This document shows positions 13,346 to 26,140 of a stretch of DNA of 64,000 bases, piece after piece. The first letter of the stretch is position 1. Every line of letters begins with the position of its first letter. The notes beneath the pieces are model-generated. The model ran no database searches, was not told the origin of the DNA, and saw only the letters and a program-made list of their open reading frames with translations. Source of the stretch: Laetmonice hystrix. Taxonomy: Eukaryota. The stretch is taken from positions 35,650,001 to 35,714,000 of the forward strand of contig OZ249437.1 in assembly GCA_965235115.1 (NCBI GenBank), in the 5' to 3' direction. Made by a program: the position numbers and the translations under genes.

Positions 13346-15179
13346 ATTTTGTGTTGCCGAAAGAAGAATTGTGTCACGTGGCATACTTTTAGCGACACCT
13401 ACAGGTCCTTGCACACACCACTTAGCTGAGAAGACTAGGCCTAGTGGAAACTGAAGCGAACGCGCCGATCAGCCGATTCAGAACCGAGAACATTAAACAA
13501 GTTTAATGTTATCGGTTGGCGGAGCGATCGTGAACCGACCTTCAGGCGACCGGGCGATGCTCAACCGAGAACCATCTCCACTAAGGCGAAGTTCGGCTCA
13601 TGCAGGCGATCTAGAAGCGAACTTTTTCGCTCCTGTTATCGCTTCAGATTTCGGCTTAGTGGAGACGGTTTTTGCAGTTTAATGTTATCGGTTGGCGAAG
13701 CGATCTTCAACCGATCTTCAGGCGACCGGGCGAACCTCAACCGAGAACCATCTCCACTAAGGCGATCTAGAAGCGAACTTTTTCGCGCCTGTTATCGCTT
13801 CAGATATCGGCTTAGTGGAGAGGGGGCATGTTGAGGCTTAGTGCTCAATTCTGTACGTTTCTAACGGGTCTACAACTTATCACCACGTGATCTAAATATT
13901 TAATTGACAGGTACAGAAAGGTACTAAGTCTTCAAACTACACTATTAACATTATCTCGTCGCTACCATGCACGTTTTTCTATCGTATCATCTTCACATTA
14001 CCGCCCTGTCTGTCAGTGGTACCACAATCTCCCCGCTGCCTGAAGTCACACAAAACCTGCTGAGACATTGTCAGTTGTGTCAATGTTATCAGCTCCCTGG
14101 TTGCCTCCCGAGCTGCGCTAATGACATATCACCGCTTGCTTGTCACCTGTGTCAATGGCACCCTCACTTGGCTGCTACCGTGTCAGTTGTGTCAATAGGA
14201 TGGGTGGGGAAAAACAAACCGAGAAAAATCTCAAATAACAAAACATATCTCTGTTCATTGTTTTATTCATCCAAGCTGGCGTTCCAGTAAATAGCGTGTC
14301 ATAAAATAAGAGCTCGCCTTATTGCTTTCAGCTTGCAATTAAATATTTGGTTTCACGTCCAGCCTGGCCACGTCAATATAGCATGATAACTACTTTACCA
14401 ATCTCGATAATCAACACTTCCTTGTAATTACCCCCATCATTTCGGTGAGCCCAGATCTATCTCATGACTATAATCTGATCAGAGAAGATCATTTTGCTGT
14501 TCCAGTTTTTACCGTAAACTCTGTAAAAATTAATGACGCATCAACAACAGAGAACCTTCATGTACAGTAACTTGAGTCGTGACAAGTCTATGCGTGTTAA
14601 TAATGGGCAGGTCTGAATAACCTGGACCAATCAGATGTCATGTTAGCTAATTACCCTCCGCCCTCAGATATAGCCAATGACCATCACTGTACCAGGTTGG
14701 CTGACGCCATTAGTTGTTCCAGCAAATTCAATCAGAGAACTTGACCTCAGGGATGAGCTCAGATTATGACCTGCCAAATACTTCAGTTAAAAACTCCTGT
14801 TTATGCTACGTTCTGCGTCTGTGTATAGATCACCCAGATATATTTCCGCTGCATAATATATGAGAAAAGAAAAGAAAAATCTACGATTGAGACTTTAAAC
14901 CGTTCAATTACCGGATTACATGATTAACATTGGTTTCATGGTCATAGGTTAACATCATGTTTGATAAACGTCCGGCCGTAACGTTCAGTCTCCCATTAAA
15001 CCTGAACGGGCCCGGCCCACTCAATCACCACGCGATCACCAAGGTTTTCCTAAAACCCATTTCATAGCTCTCTCACATTTCCGGAGTTATTCCCACTAAA
15101 TTCCCCACCAAATTTACAATGCTGAATATGGAAATCAAGCCGACCAAATCGGATAAACACCTTGTATCTACGGACGTAC

Positions 15180-16005
15180 TGTTGACAGGTTTATCGTGTC
15201 CGTCGTGCACGTCTTGCAATCCCTGCACCATTGCCTGCTGCCGATAGCAGCTGAGGCATTAAAGTAGTAGAGAGTGTACATGGGCGGGGAGGGTGGAGGG
15301 GAGGAGGGAATCAGCAAGTGTCCATCGTCTCTGTGTGGTGGAAGGGTACATCAGATAAGTCATTAACTACTTGTGGAGAGTTGCCTGCGCCCTCTTTCCC
15401 CCAATAAGCAGGCCCCACTAATAGGCACACCGTGAACGCAGGCCTCACCATCTCCCGGGGATATAAACCAATCACATGTCCTCTGTCCGCAGAAACCCAA
15501 TCACAAACCAGCGTCCTCTTAATTTTGCCGCTGATTGCGGGAGCAGGTCTCCTCTGCCGTTATGTAAGGAGGACGTCGTCTATATAAAAGGAGGTTTCCT
15601 CTCATGATTTGGTTCCACTACCCCAGAGCGCCGCCCGCTTCGAGAATCTGACAATTAGACAAGTCAATAACAATTGCTCACATTTCGGTGAGGAAGAGGA
15701 GGGGTGGTTCTGAAGTTTGTATACCCGCAAGGCTTTGGGAAACTGGTTATCGAACTGTGTCATCGCCAGCTGCTCATGGAACTGTTAGATTTTGTCTGAT
15801 GGCAAACTTCTTTCCGCTCAATATTTATCCTAGGGCTACTGAACAAGCAACAACTTCTTTTCAAACTACATCATTACAATGTAGAATTTCATCCTACACT
15901 CTATACGTCGCAATAAATAATCTTGAATAAAAGATACTACTATTACTAGTAGACTGCATTTGTATGATTAAGAACCCGGACTCTATAGATGGGTTACTTA
16001 ATACA
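15180..16005 (+). promoter_or_regulatory. LTR-like promoter/polyadenylation cassette (boundaries tentative)
   Basis: CCAAT boxes at ~15466 and ~15497, TATATAAAAG at 15581-15590, AATAAA at 15912 and 15926, and candidate TGT...ACA ends. No TSD, PBS or PPT found. Confidence 0.3.
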
Positions 16006-16712
16006 GAGGACCTGTGGAAGGGTTCAGACTCTACGACTATCCTCGATAAAGCCCTCCCTTTGCCGTGCTCAGAGGCAGGGGACGCGTGGGAACTGGGACA
16101 CGTGTCGTGAGAGGAGGTGCTGTCAAGTCTGCTTCATCCTCCTCGGGATGGCCAACTGAGCCTGTGGATGAGCTTCCACCATCGCCAGCCACTCATCCCA
16201 TTGCTGTCCACCGTTACTGTGCTTCTGTTCGAAGCTAGGAATTAAGGCTGCGTTGAGAGGGTCTTGGTGGGCGAGAATAATATGGCTAATCAATGGCCGC
16301 CCTGCTCCTGCCGACTCCACTGGCCCTCAATGGGCCCCACCCTCTCCACGACAAATTGCTCCTGGTTCAGACAGAGGGCAGATATTCACTGGTAAACTGC
16401 TATCTTAAAGCCGAGCTCTGTGCTGGCTGTGTTCCCGGCACGCCCGGTGGAAACCAGTAGTTAAAAACGGCACCCATACTCAGCGTGCTACCAATGGCAC
16501 TTCTCTCTCTCTAATGGCACTCCTATTGGGCATGGGGCAGATTGCTACTTCTACCGCCCCAGTCATACAGTCGGGAGATATATTATGTGGGCGGGACGAC
16601 GTTGAGAAAGCAACTTATTATTATTATCTCCATTGTTACCTTACGTAAGGATACTACTATTACTAATAGACTGCAGTTGTATGATGTACTTTTTAACGGG
16701 CAAGGGATTTTT

Positions 16713-16736
16713 ATTTATTTATTTATTTATTTATTT
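16713..16736. repeat. (ATTT)6 microsatellite
   Basis: Direct reading. It could be the (TAAA)n tail of a minus-strand retroposon. Confidence 0.9.
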
Positions 16737-19700
16737 GTTTATATGTATTACAAATATACTAATATATTCCACGATTGTTGCGGAATACAAAGAGCAGAGT
16801 TTACTTTTTAAGGGCAAAAAGGCACAGGGGGTGTCTTTACCGGGGTTTTCTACGGAATTGTTCTTTCGTCCCGTCAACAGCACACTTTAGACAGTCACCC
16901 CTCTTACAAACTCTCCTCTTACACCAGTACCTACTAAGTATCGAAAGGTCGTGCAAAATTAGACCAGCACGGCATGATTTTTATATATTTTTCATAACCA
17001 TATCCTAGGCAATCAGTCTCTACTTACAGGAGACACGGAACCTTTTAGTAGTGTTTTGTCTAAATTATGGCCAGACACATTAAGTCCTTTTCTAGTTAAC
17101 GTTAATGTGACGACATTAGCAAGGCATTATCTAATTTCGGTTGTAAACCATTAGCAACCCACCAGAGAGATGACTCTGGCGTTAAGTAATTTTCTTTACT
17201 CTTCGGCTAACATTAGTTACAAAGTATGACACAAACTTACAGGCGAGGGGCTCATGGAAAATTGACAAAAATACTGGCTAAAAAAATTACTCAAGTATTT
17301 ATTACACGAACGGCTGTACTACCTTCTGTGGTTGATTCATAATGCCATTAACTGCTGCAACAAACAGTAGCGATAAGTGGAAAATGAAAGGCGATATTAG
17401 ATACTTAAATCATTGAAGAGACCCAAAGTTGCTTTTCTCAGAAAAGCTACTGCGGCCCTGCGCCAGTCTACAAAGGCAATTTATAATCTAAGGCGTAATT
17501 AAGGCTGCCATGAAGGCATACCAAAGTCTATTACAGTATTAGTAGGGGTTCACGTTGAAGTCAAGTGCTCCGGTTGTAAATCCCAATCCTCTGTATTCTC
17601 ACCGTCAGATTCCCCGGTAAACGTTAGCAGTGCAATGGCACAACAACTTGTCTCTAAACGATCTTTTCCAATAACTAGTATTTATACCAAATCGATCATA
17701 TGTTATTGGTGAGGTCAACCCAGTGGCAGTAACTTTAGGAAATACCGTCGGTGAGCGAACTGGTTATCGACAGCAGTACTCCCAATGCCACACATATTAG
17801 TATTTTCACTTCTCAGGGTGAATGCCCTAGATCCTATCGCAGAAGTAGGTCAGTGGGGAGGAGGACGAGGACCATCCTCGAAGGTACCAGAGAAGCACCG
17901 CCAATAGGCTATCAACTCTGACGCCTATACAAAACTGACATGCAGCCTTTCATCTAGATTAAACCAATTATGTGAAAAACGACTAGTCCCAGAGACAAGG
18001 CCAATTGGCAGTGCCAGAACGATGCTTTCCCTAAATCAATTTTATGTTCGGCTGGGCAAATTTACGTGAGTGGCATTGGTTAGATTGCGGCGTCCCTCAA
18101 TTAATCTACCAATTTCAACCAGTTTGGGAGCAATCATTGCATGCAAACACAAGCTTCAGTGAATTCCTTTTTTATCATTTCCAAATGAAATTTGGAAGGG
18201 GTGTTTCATTTGTTTTTTCCCGTCTCAAAATGAAAGAGCGATAACCAACAGCATGACACTGGCATCTTGTTTAATTATTAATTCCCGAGAGCGAGCATAC
18301 CTACTCTGGTTAGACACCAACATATAGCCTTTCTACAGACAAAGGAAACTATGAAATCATAATCCTTTATCAACGCTATTGTAATTATTTTACAGACTCT
18401 ACAGAGTTTCCCAAATCCTGATAACTTGAGATTACTCAGTTAATTTTGACCTCATTATCAAATCTCCATAGCCAGACGGCTTCGATTAGTTTTCTATCTA
18501 CATTACAATTAAATTGTGCAACCCCTGATAGGGTACAACAGCCACCAACCTGGCCGGTCAACCTCCCCATCTATTTATATGGTATCCCGTAAAAAACAAA
18601 CATACACCACAAAACCTTGGGGTTGGATATTATCCGTTTATAAATATCAACCACCAACAAAATACCAACCAAATTATAGCGTAGGTCCTCTACAACTCTA
18701 CTTCCACATGGTCCAGTTGGCTGTCGAGGCGCATGTTGGCAAGTTACAATGATCCTACACTGAGAGTTCACCATGTCGGCCTGGGACCGAGAGTCTACAA
18801 CCGATCACTCCAGCCGCCCTATACGTGTAAAAAGTCAGGGTAAAACCCCGAATCATGATCAACTCCCACGCCGCTCTGACCCCCGGCACGTCCCAGCTAT
18901 CGATCATAGCTTACATTTTTCACGCTCCATTACCCAGCGCCTATTGATTGTCCTGGGTCCGTATATAGCAGCCGGCCCGATTGGCGAGGTTAAGAGCCCG
19001 AGCTCTTGTTTCGACCCAAGCCGTGGAGACAACTACGAGAGCCCGCTCAGGTAACCATGATTGATGAGCGAGTAATTTTTTTGATAAAGTCCAATTTACA
19101 GCTGCTGAATACTAGTGAGATGAATAATAAGATCAGAGGAATGATAAACGATTGGTAGGAACATAGGTTAACAGATGTGGTACGGAGTTGGCATTTACTC
19201 AGTTCATCACATGAAATGAAAGCTGCAGCCACTGAAGGCACACAGGCAGCCTCTTCCAAGCCAAATCGTTTACACAATGTCAACTAAACAAAGGACCGTA
19301 TTCATAAACACATAAATATGTACATAAAGGTGCCTTTATATTCAATGTATATCTTTTGTTTTCTTATGATTTATGACCTTTTGCCTCTACATCTTTCCAA
19401 CTAAAAAATGACGGAAGACTCTGCCAACATAAGAACGGCGGACTTGCTAAGTTTCGGAAACTTGATCCATTGAGAACAGGTGATAATTACCTGAAGTTCC
19501 TAAGACGCACAGCTATTCCTGAGACAGTACTAAATCCTCTATGTTCAGTATCAACCCGAGAAAGATAACTTTAAAGGTTAAGCCAAGCCGGTCTGATGTT
19601 ACAACCCCAGACTTCCAGACAATCGTGCCTGATTAGAAGAAGTGACTTCTGCAAGTAGTACATCACATCGGGGATTTTACGGCGGCGGCCGACCGTTCAC

Positions 19701-22700
19701 AGGGGAAATTCCATTGCTGCAAATCTTTCTTGTTCAGTATACCTCTATATAATATTGATGAATGGAAAAAAAAACCCTTGAAAGAAACCTGTGAACTCCC
19801 TCATGACTTTTAAGTACTGTTAAACACTCCCCGATCAAGCAGATAATCGGTGTCGGAAGGGAGGAAATCTTTTAGAAACCCTTTTAGAAACGCAATGACA
19901 TTTCCGACGCCACAAACCTATGTAAAATCCTATCTATTAAACTGATGGCCTGTTGATATTTAGGACATTCCTTCTGTTTTATGATGACCAGATGACTTAT
20001 AACACCAAACACATACTCCAGACGTGACCAGCGTGAGAACGAGAGGAAGCTGACAGTAAGGTGTGAGAAACCATCCCGGCGACCGACCCCGAACTCAGCC
20101 AATATTCAGTTATTACTCCACCTCTTACAGCTTTCTCTTTTGGCCACATAAAGTCCCGGGCACTGAACATTGGAACTCCATTTAAGATTAATAGACTTGG
20201 TTCTATCAGCTGACGATATGGTCCCCGAGAGCCGACAATGACTACCATTGTCCACATTGGCTAAGTCCTCTTTCCTACGGTAATGCATTTTTGGCGCCGG
20301 AGCCCGACTGGCTGGCTAGGGTGGCTGTTATTTCCAGGACCTTTCTATTGTGTGCATTGTGCTTTGTACCCCATCCCTGACTGAAGAACTTGGAGTGTCG
20401 GACCAAGTAGAACTGCCATTACAGAGCTCTGAGACAGTACAATTATACTCTTTACAAGTTCGGGTCCAGAGTGCTATCAGATAGCAATCTGAGCGTGTAG
20501 CGTGGTCATAGTGGCTGGCTCCCTGCATGCTCTCTGAGGTAACTGCCAGTCAGACCTTGGTCAGACGATCGCTACAACTTGGGATCATTGTATGACCTTA
20601 TGCGACTGGAAAATACAGGGGTATTTTTACCAAGTGAAAGTAATGCAACGGTCCTAAGAGGATGACAATGCACTGGGAGGGACCTTAATTTTGGCGCCCT
20701 AATCCAAGATGACATACCAGTTTTTAGTTCGTCATTTTACCAATCTTAAGACTGGAATTTTAAGACTGACTTTAATTATGGTCTGTAGTTGGCTGAATTC
20801 ATTTGAGGGACCAATCAGAAGCTCTGAAACAAGAGTTCAGTCGGAAGATTTGAATATTAAGACTCGGTTTGCAAAATAAAAACCCGGGCAGGGGTGAGGG
20901 ACCTACGATTCTGATTTCACACGGGAACGCATACCTTTGGTATTATAATGACACAAATGCCCTTTCCATAGCTTCATTGAAAGGTCCATGTCCCTAAAAC
21001 TCAGGTCGGCTAGAAGAACCTAGCCCCCAACCCCTCACCCGACTGATGATGTTAAAATGTGAGGATGTTCGTTTTAAACTTTGACGGTACATTTATAACG
21101 ACCGCATGCCCCTGACAAAGAAATCACAGCACTCCACGGGCACCCTGTCACTGGCCCAATTGTCTGAGGGCTGTGTCCCAGCACCTGTAGGCACTAGCCC
21201 AGCTTTGCGCTCTGCCTGCTACCTCTGCCGGGCACACGGTGACACACAATGCGTTCCATTCCCCGACCAACATCTTGCTTTCCGAGCCGTTATCTCTCCC
21301 AACATAGACTCCCTCTCTTCAGATGTCAGCAGGCTCGGCTCAAAGACCATCAGTCACTCTCACTGCTGAGGGACTTACGTACAACCTCTGTCGGCACCGT
21401 CTAAATAACACAGCACGCCTCGACGCCTGACCCGCCGCTGTCTGGAGGAGTACGGGAGGAGCAGTGAAGGAGCACTGGAGGGCTGCTGACCGGGCCAGCG
21501 TCCGTCGTTGTCGGTGGTGAAGGTTGTCAACCGGCGGCCCTCTCCGGTCGGCCGGCCTGTCAAGGCCCACCTGAGCCTGGGGCACACCGACATTGAAACC
21601 GTACATTGCCGACCGGCAGCGGAAACCGGCCTTGACAACCATCATGGCACCCATGCAGTCTACCCCACATCTCCGCCCATCCCTAGCTTCTACTGCACCG
21701 CCGCCGCCGCCGCCGCTGCTGTGACTGCTGTCATGATCTCTGTGACAATCATACAACCATATCTGTAATCTATCCCCAACCCCAGGAGGACCACATACAT
21801 TCTCACCGACCCGCCTCGCTGGTAGCCACTCAAGGTGAGTAGAACGTGACTTTATCACTTACTCAGTTAATGATCAATGCATCCCTGCACGCACAACACC
21901 TATAGTAAACTTCACCTCCACCTCTAAAACCATTAACAGTACATCCCCACCTCTGACAGCACTATCTGATCATATTACCAAGGACCCAGTGACACACAAA
22001 TTATGCCATGCCCCTGGCAGCCTCACAGACCATTTACCACTAAGGTATCACATTGCTGATTCAGGTGACAGCATGAAGACGCCATCCCAGTGGTTTTTGT
22101 TTGATTACCAGGCGTGCCATAGCTGTGCGTGTGGGCCATTCCACTCAGATTACCCTAACAGAATCAGGTCTGCTTAACATGCCGTAATCGCACACCAAAC
22201 TGTGCGGAGTTAGGGCTGATATCAGATCTCTCAGGTCCCTTTGCCTCCAGGCAAACCACACATGATATCGACAACAACAAAAGAAGTACATATTCCGTGC
22301 AGTTTTCTTTTGTAATTTAAATGAGCATAAAATGTACACTTGGAACAACGAGCACCTGCAGGTTCAATGTATACTCATATGTTTGTAGAGGGCCTACATA
22401 TTATCTCAAAGTATCAGGATCCCACTCCAGCAGCAGCGCTACAAGCTCATATTAAAATCCTGTTTACAAAATGACTTTTTTCTTCACGAATGATTACCCC
22501 GTTGGGGATTTCTTTACAAGTGTGCCTTAACGTGACATTTAGAGCGACAAAGTGGCTAGGTCTGGATTCCTTCTCTACTCTGACGTCTCACAGTGTACAG
22601 GTTAACATCGTAATCCAGGCCCCCCGTTAACGGCCTCCGTTATAGTCATCGGAGAACAACGACATCAATTTCATCGTAACGGAAGATCTATGAGTCCCAG

Positions 22701-23732
22701 GTGAGCGTCTGCCAACACAGACATGACACAGGTTTCACGGCACTCATGGAATGAATTCCATTTTAATGAATATCTCCCAGCTCTCTCCTGAATTGTATAT
22801 AAAAAACACCACAATGACAGGAGGATAAAACCATCATCAGTCATTAGGCCTAGCACGAATGGTGCGGTGCTTCGTACTATAGCAAATATCAGTCTATTAT
22901 ATAGGGTGTCGTAATGAGGGCATAAGACGTTCATTGTCGCTAGTCAACACTTACGTCTCTCAGACACAAAATCAAACCTAACCGCTCACACTCTCATGGC
23001 ACATCTACCAAGTGTAGCCAAGCACACGACAGTGTTCATCTTGAAGATGCGTCTCTTCACCAGTTATTATTCTTTTCCAAGACTTTGGTATCATAAAATA
23101 TGGCGGTTCAATCAGCCAAACCCTCGTTCCCTGCCTTATTGATCCCCAGCAAGTGGCCATCGTCGAGTAGTGCTGCCCCATCAACAACACATTGACAGAG
23201 CTGACCGTCTGGGCTGTAAGTTCTAATCCGGACAGGGAACACGAAAACTCCTGCTCCAATCATCCATTACCATGCCAGACCACGGGCTAATGTTGAAGGT
23301 CCACAAAGACTTTCCGACGTTATATTTACATATCCTCACATATAAACAACACGGTCACACTATCGGCGATACCGCCTATACTCTAGAGGTAATCGTGACA
23401 GTCATTGGAAGGTTAAGTACCAGTCCTTTCCACCGAAGTCTACCAGCGCCTCAGAAGAAGGAAACTCAAATTGAAAATTAAGAATCTGCCAAAACAAAAA
23501 TGCAATTAACAATTATGTCTAGTTTAAAAAAATGAATAGGAAGTAGGTGATGCGATCGCGAAACTAGGAGAGACTGCAAATATTTAAAAGCTTCATTCCT
23601 TTCCTTTCGTGATGATTGCTAACTGCAATGAACGTCATGTGCCCTATAATCCAGTATAAAAATGTTATCAGTGCGGGACAGTTGCTTAAGTGCCACAGTG
23701 GGCGTCAGATCATTGGCATTGTATGAATATTG

Positions 23733-25623
23733 CTAAAGACGTCTGTAGGCATTGTGTCAGTGACTGACTGCGGCCATGGCCGGCCCTAAAGACGTCTGTA
23801 CTCTGTAGGCATTGTGTCAGTGACTGACTGCGGCCATGGCCGGCCCTAAAGACGTCTGTGGTTCTGTAGGCATTGTGTCAGTGACTGACTGCGGCCATGG
23901 CTGGCCCTAAAGACGTCTGTACTCTGTAGGCATTGTGTCAGTGACTGACTGCGGTCATGGCTGGTCCTAAAGACGTCTGTGATTCTGTAGGCATTGTGTC
24001 AGTGACTGACTGCGGCCATGGCCGGCCCTAAAGACGTGTGTGGTTCTGTAGGCATTGTGTCAGTGACTGACTGCGGCCATGGCTGGTCCTAAAGACGTCT
24101 GTGATTCTGTAGGCATTGTGTCAGTGACTGACTGCGGCCATGGCTGGCCCTAAAGACGTCTGTACTCTGTAGGCATTGTGTCAGTGACTGACTGCGGCCA
24201 TGGCCGGCCCTAAAGACGTCTGTGGTTCTGTAGGCATTGTGTCAGTGACTGACTGCGGTCATGGCTGGTCCTAAAGACGTCTGTGATTCTGTAGGCATTG
24301 TGTCAGTGACTGACTGCGGCCATGGCCGGCCCTAAAGACGTCTGTGGTTCTGTAGGCATTGTGTCAGTGACTGACTGCGGCCATGGCTGGCCCTAAAGAC
24401 GTCTGTACTCTGTAGGCATTGTGTCAGTGACTGACTGCGGTCATGGCTGGTCCTAAAGACGTCTGTGATTCTGTAGGCATTGTGTCAGTGACTGACTGCG
24501 GCCATGGCCGGCCCTAAAGACGTCTGTGGTTCTGTAGGCATTGTGTCAGTGACTGACTGCGGCCATGGCCGGCCCTAAAGACGTCTGTGGTTCTGTAGGC
24601 ATTGTGTCAGTGACTGACTGCGGCCATGGCTGGTCCTAAAGACGTCTGTGATTCTGTAGGCATTGTGTCAGTGACTGACTGCGGCCATGGCCGGCCCTAA
24701 AGACGTGTGTGGTTCTGTAGGCATTGTGTCAGTGACTGACTGCGGCCATGGCTGGTCCTAAAGACGTCTGTGATTCTGTAGGCATTGTGTCAGTGACTGA
24801 CTGCGGCCATTGCCGGCCCTAAAGACGTCTGTGGTTCTGTAGGCATTGTGTCAGTGACTGACTGCGGCCATGGCCGGCCCTAAAGACGTCTGTACTCTGT
24901 AGGCATTGTGTCAGTGACTGACTGCGGCCATGGCTGGTCCTAAAGACGTCTGTGATTCTGTAGGCATTGTGTCAGTGACTGACTGCGGCCATGGCCGGCC
25001 CTAAAGACGTGTGTGGTTCTGTAGGCATTGTGTCAGTGACTGACTGCGGCCATGGCTGGTCCTAAAGACGTCTGTGATTCTGTAGGCATTGTGTCAGTGA
25101 CTGACTGCGGCCATTGCCGGCCCTAAAGACGTCTGTGGTTCTGTAGGCATTGTGTCAGTGACTGACTGCGGCCATGGCCGGCCCTAAAGACGTCTGTACT
25201 CTGTAGGCATTGTGTCAGTGACTGACTGCGGCCATGGCTGGTCCTAAAGACGTCTGTGATTCTGTAGGCATTGTGTCAGTGACTGACTGCGGCCATGGCC
25301 GGCCCTAAAGACGTGTGTGGTTCTGTAGGCATTGTGTCAGTGACTGACTGCGGCCATGGCCGGCCCTAAAGACGTGTGTGGTTCTGTAGGCATTGTGTCA
25401 GTGACTGACTGCGGCCATGGCCGGCCCTAAAGACGTCTGTACTCTGTAGGCATTGTGTCAGTGACTGACTGCGGTCATGGCTGGTCCTAAAGACGTGTGT
25501 GGTTCTGTAGGCATTGTGTCAGTGACTGACTGCGGCCATGGCCGGCCCTAAAGACGTCTGTTGTTCTGTAGGCAATGTGACCGTGACTGACTTGCTGCCA
25601 TGGCTGGTCCTGAAGACGTCTGT
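23733..25623. repeat. Minisatellite, 60/61-bp unit, ~31 copies
   Basis: Unit AAAGACGTCTGT(GGTT/GATT/ACT)CTGTAGGCATTGTGTCAGTGACTGACTGCGG(C/T)CATGG(C/T)TGG/CCGG..CCT, near-identical copies with no unique spacers. Confidence 0.98.
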
Positions 25624-26140
25624 GGCTGAGCTTGCAGTGAGAGCCGATGGCTAAGAAAATGTCTGATGTTCCTTTCGTACTTCGCTGATGACAGCGCATC
25701 CACATCAAAGTAAAGAACATGGTGACTACCTGGAATATAGAAAATAAACCTTTGACTGGTGATACCTAATCCATTATCCATATCTGTTTTCACCGTGATG
25801 ACAACTCCAAATCGATCTGTCTCCTCAATCCTTAGCTTTGTGAGAGCCGGACGCACCACCAACACCACAATACCGGCAAACGATGATAAATCCATGGGGA
25901 TATTACGACATGGCCCTCACGTAGAAAACCAATGACCGTATGTCACCGAACTAATGATGCCAAACAATATAGCAGATTGAAATAGCAGGTATCCCAATAA
26001 ACATTGCCAAGGTATACACAAATATGTTAGGGGCCTTGCAACGAAGGGTCCTGTTAAAAAAATCCAACCCCATGTATTCTGGCTGAGTGAGCGCCCTGTG
26101 CAGGGTGGGCACAATCACACCACAGCTCTGTTCATTTCTG

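Larger units (their letters stand above)
9906..13827. mobile_element. PIF/Harbinger DNA transposon, internally deleted, carrying nested insertions
   Basis: Left end GGCTCTCCACTAAGGCGAT (9906) and right end ATCGGCTTAGTGGAGAGGGGGC (to 13827) share an inverted CTCTCCACTAAG(G/C)CGAT core. Both ends carry tandemly duplicated subterminal blocks (9909-10118; 13505-13821). A Harbinger-type transposase motif lies inside at 13040-13140. A clean TWA target duplication is not visible. Confidence 0.7.

Noticed and set aside
17400-17660. Gag-like FTGESDGENTEDW on the minus strand, and env/integrase-like text on the plus strand of 17220-18240
   Set aside because: Stop density in these frames (~4-6%) equals random expectation, and no protease/RT/integrase core motifs were found nearby.
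25800-26040. GPCR TM5-like (LAMFIGIPAISICYIVW) and zinc-knuckle-like (CRYCGVGGASGSH) peptides on the minus strand
   Set aside because: They are isolated short look-alikes separated by stops, with no supporting neighbouring helices or motifs.
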